Below, piece after piece: positions 10,801 through 20,500 of a stretch of DNA of 24,707 nucleotides. The stretch's first letter is position 1. Every line of letters begins with the position of its first letter. A program made the position numbers and the translations under genes. Source of the stretch: Octopus sinensis. Taxonomy: Eukaryota. The notes beneath the pieces were generated by a model. The model worked only from the letters and a program-made list of their open reading frames with translations, made no database searches and was not told where the DNA came from. The stretch is taken from positions 1-24,707 of the forward strand of contig NW_021836281.1 of the NCBI RefSeq assembly GCF_006345805.1. Direction: 5' to 3'.

Positions 10801-10801
<1 letters not shown>

Positions 10802-10835
<34 letters not shown>

Positions 10836-10838
10836 GTA
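10802..10838. repeat. (TA)n/(TATG)n microsatellite between arrays A and B
   Basis: Direct reading. Confidence 0.9.
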
Positions 10839-10917
10839 TTGGCTGAGGAGCTACAAGTGGGTTTTTTGTAAGTAAAATTACATTTAATTCATTAATAGCG
10901 AAACAATTGTCCCAAAA
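10839..10917 (+). ncRNA. Type I hammerhead ribozyme, family B copy 1 (stem I shortened by the microsatellite junction)
   Basis: TTGG-CTGAGGA(10843-10849)-GCTA...TAGC-GAAAC-AATT-GTC(after C10911)-CCAA. Confidence 0.8.
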
Positions 10918-11364
10918 TAATCTGTATTTTTGTTATTTTTTATTTGCCCTGTTCGTGTGAGCTAACAATCGTACTGACTTTCATGGGAAACATGTATTTT
11001 TGTGGTTGAAACCTTTTGGATTTTCTAGTGCTAGAATGAGCCACATAGTGACCATTCTCTTATATTAATTTTTGTATAAAATATTATAATATATTATAAA
11101 ATATTATAATAATCCAGGTTTCTCGAGGCACTGGGCCACTTGGTGTTGAATAGATATACTATTAAATTAGTATCTAATTCTCTCACCCTTATTAATTAAT
11201 TATAATTATGCTACATTTATTTCTAAATGTAGTATTTGTTTCCGTGAAAGTTTGGCGCGCTGTTGGTAGGGGCATTTGAATTATAACGTCGGATGTAATC
11301 AATTGAACCACACGTGTATTTTTCGTTATGGTAAAATCTGGCGTGTGATTGAGTGGATTTCATC

Positions 11365-11459
11365 CAGATAGTTTTGGCTGAGGAGCTACAAGTGGGTTTT
11401 TTGTAAGCAAAATTACATTTAATTCATTAATAGCGAAACAATTGTCCCAAAATAATCTG
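11365..11459 (+). ncRNA. Type I hammerhead ribozyme, family B copy 2
   Basis: Stem I CAGATAGTTTTGG/CCAAAATAATCTG, core CTGAGGA 11378-11384, stem II GCTA/TAGC with a 42-nt structured insert, GAAAC-AATT-GTC with cleavage after C11446. Confidence 0.88.
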
Positions 11460-11738
11460 TATTTTTGTTATTTTTTATTTTCCCTGTTCGTGTGAGCTAA
11501 CAATCGTACTGACTTTCATGGGAAACATGTATTTTTGTGGTTGAAACCTTTTGGATTTTCTAGTGCTAGAATGAGCCACATAGTGACCATTCTCTTATAT
11601 TTATTTTTGTATAAAATATTATAATATATTATAAAATATTATAATAATCCAGATTTCTCGAGGCACTGGGCCACTTGGTGTTGAATAGATATACTATTAA
11701 ATTAGTATCTAATTCTCTCCCCTTATTAATTAATTATA

Positions 11739-11775
11739 TATATATATATATATTATATATATATATATATGTATG

Positions 11776-11838
<63 letters not shown>

Positions 11839-11919
11839 ATGTATGTATATATATATATATGTGTATATGTATGTATGTATATATATGCATAAATATGTAT
11901 ATGTATATATGTATGTATG

Positions 11920-11962
<43 letters not shown>

Positions 11963-11968
11963 TTATAT
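11739..11968. repeat. (TA)/(TATG) compound microsatellite
   Basis: Direct reading. Confidence 0.95.
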
Positions 11969-11983
11969 TTATTTTATAGAAGG

Positions 11984-12034
11984 AGCTTCTACAGGACTAG
12001 AACTGTTTCATTCAAAAGAAATCATCAGGAAGCT
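11984..12034 (-). ncRNA. Type I hammerhead ribozyme, family C (left arm)
   Basis: Minus strand: AGCTTC-CTGATGA-TTTC TTTT GAAT-GAA-ACAG TTCTAGTC CTGT-A-GAAGCT; GUA triplet. Confidence 0.75.
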
Positions 12035-12965
12035 AGTAGACAAGAGTTGTTTTGGCATTTATACATTTAGGCAGGTTTAAATGGGTGGTGGTGGGGGACT
12101 TTTTTGGGGGTAGGCATGGCGCAAAACTGTCATTATTAGGGGAGTGGTCAAAGGAATCGGTGGTAAAGTAGATAAAAGAATAAAATAAAAATATTAAAAA
12201 ATAAAAAAATAAAAAAATAAAAAATATAAATAGAAAAATAGAGTTTTAGGTAAGTGGGGAGACTCTCACTTGTACATCTACATATATATATATACACATA
12301 TACACATACACATACCCGCATATTCACATATATCTATACATATACATACATACCCACATATACATACATATATATATACATACGTACACATACATGTACA
12401 TATATATATACATATATATACATATATATACACATACCCATGTACGTACACACAGATACACATATACATACATATACATACATATATGTATACCCACTCG
12501 CACATATATATACAAATGCATATACATGCACACACATACACACACATTTTTATTCTCTTATTTTAATTTTATTATTACTACTTTTGTTTATATCTTTATT
12601 TTTATCTTGACCGGTCAGCCTGTCTCAAGGGATATCTAAAGATTCCGTTTATCTATCTACTTACTGATACGAACGCAATCACTCACTCACGCCCGCACAC
12701 TCACACGTACACACACGCACGTGTTATATTCATACACGCCTACATCTACATACATTCACGTATATTCACATACACGCATACACATACATACCTCAACACA
12801 CCCACAGAAGACTAGTCCATACATATACACTAATTAATATATATACACATATACATATACACATACATACACATACATACATATACATACACATATACAT
12901 ATTATTCATATACATATACATACACATATACATTCATACATATATACACATACACACATACACAC

Positions 12966-13016
<51 letters not shown>

Positions 13017-13244
13017 CGGGAAGCTTTATGAAAATATATATATATATATATATACATACATACATGCGTACACATACACACACAGACACGCGCGCATCTA
13101 TATATACACATAAGTACATACATGCATAAATGTATACATATGTCTATACATATGCATACACATCCACACACACATGCGCCTCCTTATGTTCATAAAAACA
13201 TACATGCATACAGGCATATACATATATACATACATGCATACTCA

Positions 13245-13283
<39 letters not shown>
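13245..13283 (+). repeat. (AAT)13 microsatellite, left part of the split Dong target
   Basis: Abuts the 5'-truncated LINE at 13284. Confidence 0.95.
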
Positions 13284-13285
<2 letters not shown>

Positions 13286-15144
13286 CTATAAAAAGGCCTT
13301 CGACAGTATACCGCATCCATGGATCTTGAGATCGCTGGACATCTTTAAAATTTCCCCTGTGATTTCAAACTTCCTGAAGCACAATATGTCGTTGTGGAAT
13401 ACGAATCTCCAATTATACCACTCTAATGGAGTACTTGCCTCAGAAAATATAAACATCAACTGTGGAATTTTTCAAGGTGACTCACTTTCACCTTTAATAT
13501 TCTGCATAGCCCTAATACCCCTTACAAGTGAATTAAACAGAACAGGGTATGGGTATAAAATTGCCATAAAAAAAATAAGCCATCTATTTTATATGATGAC
13601 TTAAAACTTTATGGTAAAGACAATAATGAACTTGAAGGCCTATTGCGCACCGTGAAAGCATTCAGCGATGACATCGGGATGGAATTTGGACTTGAGAAGT
13701 GTGCCAAGGCCACTTTCCAGAAAGGGAAAGTGAAGACCACAAATTCAGTCGTGTTAGATGTTGACACAGTCATAAGAGAGCTTGAGCAAGAACAGACATA
13801 CAAATATTTAGGGATAAATGAAGGCTCTGGTATTCAGCATGCAAGCATGAAAGAGAAAATCAGGAAGGAATGTTATAGGAGAGTTCGTGCAGTCCTGAAA
13901 TCTGAACTAAATGCACGTAACAAGGTGTTAGCTATAAATTCCTTAGCAGTTCCAGTTGTTACTTATAGCTACAATGTGTTGAACTGGAATATGAGTGAAG
14001 TAAAGAATATAGATAGAAAAATACGCAAGCTGCTGAGTTGTAATAGGATGCACCACCCAAAGGCAGACGTAGATCGCCTTTACCTTCCCAGAGCCCAAGG
14101 AGGTCGAGGCCTGATCCAATTTGAACTATCTTACAAAACAACCACAATTGGACTGGCCAAATATCTCGAAATATCGAATGACTGGATGCTAAAGCTCGTG
14201 GAAAATCACGAGAGACGAAAGAAGCTTCATTCTATCATCAAGGAAAGCAAAAAATTTGCTATTGATCTCGTGCAGGATACCCAAACTGAACAACCCGAGG
14301 GAAGTACGGCAACTATTGTTGCAAAGAAGGTGAAAATGATGGCAATGAAAAAAGCGCACGAGCAGTTGGCTGATAGGTGGGAGGAGAAACCTCTGCACGG
14401 CAAATATGTGACCCGCAGCAAACAAGCTGATGTTGACCAGAAGCAAACCCATCAGTGGCTGCGGAGCTCAGAGCTAAAAGCAGAGAGCGAAGGTTTCATC
14501 CTGGCTGCTCAAGACCAAAGCCTATTAACCCGGAACTACCAGGCCAATGTGATGAAAAATGGAGCAGACCCAAAATGCCGATTCTGCAACGACATGATTG
14601 AAACAGTGGACCAACTAATCTCTGGATGTAAAGTCTTAGCACCAGTGGAGTATAAATTAATACATGACAGAGTTGGCCAATATCTACACTGGCTAATAAG
14701 TCGGCATTACAATATATCAAAACTGCCGACAAGTGGTATAATCACCACCCTGAGGCTGTAACTGAAGGAGAAAATGTAACCATTCTGTGGGACTTTCCAG
14801 TACATACAGACCGAACCATCAAGGCCAATAAACCAGATATTGTTGTGAAAGACCAAAACAATAAAGTTTGCTTATTGATCGACATGAGCATCCCCTGTGA
14901 TCATAATATCTCAGCGAAAGAGTTTGACAAGCTCAGAAAATATAAAGACCTACTCATTGAAATTGAGAAAATGTGGCATCTCAAGGCGGTTACAATACCA
15001 GTGATCGTAGGAGCACTAGGAATGATCAAGAAGGGAACCGAAAATTATATGAGAATGATCCCTGGCTTACCATCCCTGCAAGAAGTGCAAAAGATTGTCT
15101 TAACTGGTACATCACACGTATTGAGAAGAGCATTGTCGATGTGA
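13284..15144 (+). pseudogene. RT-CCHC-RLE ORF fragment of the R4/Dong element
   Basis: ORF track 13122-13604, 13643-14761 and 14845-15144; frameshifts near 13594 and ~14715. Confidence 0.85.
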
Positions 15145-15229
15145 GAACTGTTGCTGCTCATGTATTTTAATTTAACTTTAAAAAAAAAATAAAAAATAAA
15201 AGAAATGAACGAACTACTGAGTTTGGTTT

Positions 15230-15552
15230 TCTTGACTCCGCCGGTTACGACGACGAGGGTCCCAGCTGATACGATCAACGGAACAGCTTGCTCGTGAAAT
15301 TAACGTGCAAATGGCTGAGCATTCCACAGACACGTGTACCCTTAACGTAGTTCTCGGGGATAATCAGCGTGACACAGAGAGTGACAAGGCTGACCCTTTG
15401 AAATACAAGTACAACTCATTTTTGCCAGCTGAGTGGACTGGAGCAACGTGAAATAAAGTGTCTTGCTCAAGGACACAACGCGTCGCCGGGAATCGAACTC
15501 ACAACCTTACGATCATGAGCCGAATGCCCTAACCACTAAGCCACGCGCCCTC
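15230..15552 (-). mobile_element. Complete tRNA-derived SINE (second family) in the Dong 3' UTR, 14-bp TSD
   Basis: TSD ACTGAGTTTGGTTT at 15216-15229 and 15553-15566; A box TGGCTTAGTGG (15543-15533), B box GTTCGATTC (15498-15490); CpG-rich, so probably young. Confidence 0.93.
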
Positions 15553-15662
15553 ACTGAGTTTGGTTTAATGGCCTACCAATATACACTATGATTTTCTTTG
15601 CCCTAGGAGTCGGGAAGACACTCGGCAAGAAATGGAAGAAAATTTGAAAGAAGAAAACAAAA

Positions 15663-15663
<1 letters not shown>

Positions 15664-15699
<36 letters not shown>
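15664..15699 (+). repeat. (TAA)12 microsatellite, right part of the split target or the LINE tail
   Basis: Direct reading. Confidence 0.95.
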
Positions 15700-15702
<3 letters not shown>

Positions 15703-15851
15703 TATATACGTGCAGTTACCCATTATACAAACGGATACCTACATATAAACATACCCATATATACCTATTTACACATATGTATATATACATACATACATAC
15801 ACACATAACTCTACATACCTACAATACATAAACACACAAGCGTACATATAT

Positions 15852-15901
<50 letters not shown>

Positions 15902-15936
15902 CATATATATATATATATATATATATATACTATATA

Positions 15937-15981
<45 letters not shown>

Positions 15982-16133
15982 CCATATACACATACACACA
16001 CACATACACATATACACACACATTTTTACACATATATATATATATACACACATACACATACACACACATATATAAACATACACACACATATACACACATA
16101 CACATACACACATATATATATATATATATATAC

Positions 16134-16168
<35 letters not shown>

Positions 16169-16517
16169 CACATGTGCATATATACACATATATATATACA
16201 TATATATACATATATACACACAAGCACATACATGCATAAATGTATACATATGTTTATACAAATGCATACACATACACACACTCACGCTCCTCCTTATATA
16301 CATAAATACATACATGCATACAAACGCATACTCATGTAATAAATAATGAATAATAAATAATAGATATGTATACACATGCAGTTACCCTTTGTACAGACGG
16401 AAACATACATATAAGCATACACGTATATACCTATCTACACATATGTATATATACATACATACATGCACATACACATAACTCTACATACTTACATATACGT
16501 AAAACACGAGCGTACAC

Positions 16518-16570
<53 letters not shown>

Positions 16571-16703
16571 CACAGACATACATACACATACATACACACA
16601 TATATACACATATATACATACACATGCATACATACACATACACATACATACATATATATATATACATATATATATATATATTATATTATATATATATATA
16701 TAT

Positions 16704-16737
<34 letters not shown>

Positions 16738-17667
16738 TACCCGTACCACAAACCAAATGAATCCCTTAGATATATAGATATTAATTCCAACCACCCCAAA
16801 AATATATTAGACAACCTAGTAAAAAGTGTCTCAATTAGAATATCTAGCCTCTCCGCTACTGAAGATATCTTTAATGCCGCAGCCCCTATACAACGAGCCC
16901 TGGCCCGCAGTGGCTTTAAAGATAAGATCACCTATACTAGTATAGCCCCACGCCAACCCAGGAAAAATAGGCGAAGACACATTAGCTGGTACAAACCCCC
17001 TTCAACCGTGAGGTCGCTACTACACCTGTAGCTAAAATCTTCTTCACTCTCCTACAGAAACACTTCCCCACCCAACATAAGTACTATACTATCCTAAATA
17101 AGAACACCATTAGACTCTCCTACTCTACCACGCCCAATCTAGCCAGGAACCTAGCCAACAACAACGTGAAAAAACTTAATATCTACTCTTTCCGAGGCCC
17201 ATCCAACATCCGATAGCAATTGCAACTTCCCTGATAAAACCACCTGCCCCCTCAACAACAACAACTGCCTACAGAGGGACCTCGTATATACATGCGAGGT
17301 ACGATCAGGCCCCGATGATAAAAGAAAATCGTACATCGGAATGACGTCAAACAGCTATAAGACCCGTTGGTACGCCCACACACACTCGTTCCGGCGACCT
17401 GATAAATCCAACCAAACTACCCTCGCCTCCCACATCTGGTACCTTAAAAGGAACTCCATCTCCTTCAAGACCAAGTGGAGACTACTACAGAAGGCGCGTT
17501 CGTACACAGGAGGCCATACCTGCTGTGACCTTTGCATTTCCGAGAGCCTAGAGATCTTGTTCGCCAAAGGCCATCTCCTCAACAAGATCTCAGAACACTC
17601 CCCAAATTGCATGCATAAAATTTATGCAAACTACAAGAACTATAGACCCACCCGGCAACCCGATTGA
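16738..17667 (+). pseudogene. 3' fragment of a Penelope-like ORF: RT thumb/linker plus C-terminal GIY-YIG endonuclease (Naiad-like motif pattern)
   Basis: Hand translation: [20 protein letters not shown]...LARSGFKDKITY...RRHISWY.PPFN...KHFP...LNKNTIRLSYS, then CNFPDKTTCPLNNNNCLQRDLVY...SYIGMT...KTRWYAHTHSF...LASHIWYLK...CCDLCISE...LLNK...CMH. Frameshifts near 17000 and ~17180. Confidence 0.88.
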
Positions 17668-17908
17668 CGACACCCCACCCACAAAAACCCCCAACCCCAC
17701 CGTTCCCCCAGCACCCCCGATTAACTTTCCTCCTAAGACTACTCACAGATTGTATATGTACACCTGTATATATGTATTGTATATATGTATAGAAATGAAT
17801 AGGTGTTAGTAGGAATATACGCATGTATGTGAGTGCGTGTATATGTATGTGTATATGTATGTACATGTGTATGTGTGTATGTGTGTGGTCTTTTATATTT
17901 TATATGTT

Positions 17909-17939
<31 letters not shown>

Positions 17940-18063
17940 GTATGTATGTGTATGTGTATGTATGTGTATGTATGTATGTGTATGTATATATGTGTATATA
18001 TGTGTGTATGTATGTGTATGTATGTGTGTATATTATATATATATATATATGTTTGTGTGTATA

Positions 18064-18107
<44 letters not shown>

Positions 18108-18683
18108 ATATATTATATATATATATATATTGTTGTGTGTGTGTGTGTGTGTGTACGCTCGTGTGTTTATGTATATGTAAATATGTAGAGTTGTGTGTAT
18201 GTGTATGTATGTATATATACATATGTGTAGATGGGTATATACGTGTATGCCTATATGTATGTTTCCGTCTGTGCAAAGGGTAACTGCATGTGTATATATA
18301 TCTATTATTTATTATTCATTATTTATTACATGAGTATGCGTTTGTATACATGTATGTATTTATGTATATGAGGAGGCGCGTGAGTGTGTGTATGTGTATG
18401 CATTTGTATAAACATATGTATACATTTATGCATGTATGTGCTTGTGTGTATATATATGTGTATATATGTATGTATATATACACACATATATATATGTGTA
18501 TATGTATGTGTGTATGTGTATGTGTATATATATATATGTGTAATGTATATATAGATATATATATGTATATATATGTGTATGTATGTGTATGTGTGTGTGT
18601 ATGTATGTATGTATATGTATGTATGTATGTGTATGTGTGTGTGTACGTATGTGTATGTATGTGTATATATGTGTGTGTATATA

Positions 18684-18738
<55 letters not shown>

Positions 18739-19093
18739 GTGTGTACGCTCGTGTGTTTATGTATATGTAAGTATGTAGAGTTATGTGTATGTGCATGTAT
18801 GTATGTATATATACATATGTGTAGATAGGTATATACGTGTATGCTTATATGTATGTTTCCGTCTGTACAAAGGGTAACTGCATGTGTATATATCTATTAT
18901 TTATTATTCATTATTTATTATTTATTACATGAGTATGCGTTTGTATGCATGTATGTATTTATGTATATAAGGAGGAGCGTGAGTGTGTGTATGTGTATGC
19001 ATTTATATAAACATATGTATACATTTATGCATGTATGTGCTTGTGTGTATATATGTATATATATGTATATATATATATGTATATATGCAACTG

Positions 19094-19124
<31 letters not shown>

Positions 19125-19272
19125 ATATATATGTATATATATATATATATATGTGTGTGTGTATGTGTATGTGTGTATATATATATGTGTAAAAATGTGT
19201 GTGTAAATGTATATATATATATATGTGTGTGTGTATGTGTGTGTATATATGTATGTGTGTATGTGTATATGG

Positions 19273-19318
<46 letters not shown>

Positions 19319-19323
19319 TAATA

Positions 19324-19355
<32 letters not shown>

Positions 19356-19532
19356 GATAGATATATAGATATATATATATGTATATATGTACGCTTGTGT
19401 ATTTATGTATATGTAGGTATGTAGAGTTATGTGTGTATGTATGTATGTATATATACATATGTGTAAATAGGTATATATGGGTATGTTTATATGTAGGTAT
19501 CCGTTTGTATAATGGGTAACTGCACGTATATA

Positions 19533-19582
<50 letters not shown>

Positions 19583-19762
19583 TGAGTATGCATGTATGTA
19601 TATATGTGTATGCATGTATGTTTTTATGAACATAAGGAGGCGCGTGTGTGTGTGGATGTGTATGCATATGTATAGACATATGTATACATTTATGCATGTA
19701 TGTACTTATGTGTATATATAGATGCGCGCGTGTGTGTGTGTGTGTATGTGTACGCATGTATG

Positions 19763-19802
<40 letters not shown>

Positions 19803-19816
19803 CATAAAGCTTCCCG

Positions 19817-19880
<64 letters not shown>

Positions 19881-19986
19881 AAAAGGATGAGGAAAGCATC
19901 CAGAGCCAAATGGAGAAGCCTGGAACACAGGGAACGATGACACATGTCCAGCTTCCAACACCACAACTGAAGACCAAAGAGGTGCG

Positions 19987-20500
19987 ATGGCCGCAAGAAA
20001 GGAAAGGCACCCTGGAATTGATGGGAAGCAGGAGGTAAAGGGTGACAGAATCAAGGCTAAAGGAACCCTGTCCAGAGAAAGCAGAGGGACCCCAGCAAAA
20101 ACTGTAAGGGCAGGGAAAGAAACAACCTGCAAATTCTACCTGAGGGGGACTGCTGGTACGGCGTTGAAGTGCAAACTGTCGCTTTGCACATCGGAGGCCC
20201 TACCAAAACCGCACGGACGCGAGACAGAGTTCCCTCCCTCAGGGAGAACAAAAACAAAAAGTTAAAAAAAGGGAAAAAAGCGCACTGACCACTACTGAAA
20301 GACGGTATGCAGATGTGGTGCGCGGAAACCCAACAGGTGGCCAGCTTCACCCAGATGTGAGAAGGGCGGCAGCTGAACAGCAGTCTTTTTTGTGCATGGC
20401 ACAAAAAATTGTTCAGCAGCTGACCTGGCTACAAGCACAAAGCTGGAACACCACCACCACATAAGGCCACCTCCAACAGATGCAGGATGGCCACCACAGA
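19987..20500 (+). pseudogene. ORF1 remnant of the CR1-type LINE with a CCCH zinc finger
   Basis: CKFYLRG(D)CWYG...NCRFAH across frameshifts at 20128-20191; boundaries approximate. Confidence 0.55.

Larger units (their letters stand above)
10024..10801 (+). repeat. Tandem array A: ~2.2 copies of a 355-356-bp unit, each full unit with a hammerhead ribozyme (retrozyme-like)
   Basis: Units start GAAATGGCAAAAATACG at 10024, 10380 and 10735; they differ only by small indels/substitutions. Confidence 0.95.
10839..11738 (+). repeat. Tandem array B: ~1.7 copies of a 535-bp AT-rich unit, each with a hammerhead ribozyme
   Basis: TTGGCTGAGGAGCTACAAG at 10839 and 11374; about five differences seen over the ~365-bp overlap. 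Confidence 0.95.
13284..15663 (+). mobile_element. 5'-truncated R4/Dong-clade non-LTR retrotransposon (restriction-like endonuclease type) inserted in (AAT)n
   Basis: RT (DYKKAFDS, GIFQGDSLSP, YM(D)DLKLY, YKYLG), CCHC-like CRFC..ETVDQLISGC, IHDRV, KPDIVV and LIDMSIP..EFDKLRKY; flanked by AAT repeats on both sides. Confidence 0.88.
11969..16737 (-). repeat. Left arm of the giant inverted repeat (contains the R4/Dong + SINE insertion 13284-15663)
   Basis: 11969-~12990 is the reverse complement of ~23574-24638; ~12990-13283 of ~19580-19878; 15664-16737 of the 17909-19580 region. Confidence 0.9.

Noticed and set aside
10024-11738. CRISPR-like or ordinary satellite interpretation of arrays A and B
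   Set aside because: The units are long and near-identical with no unique spacers, and each contains a complete ribozyme fold.
17221-17667. Possible selenocysteine recoding, as reported for some Naiad PLEs
   Set aside because: All Cys positions read TGC/TGT and there is no in-frame TGA at conserved sites in this fragment.
11675-19890. Dozens of long ORFs rich in Y/I/C/V/H/T, also at 168-779, 6423-6726 and 23979-24366
   Set aside because: They are translations of TA/CA/TG microsatellites that lack stop codons, not genes.
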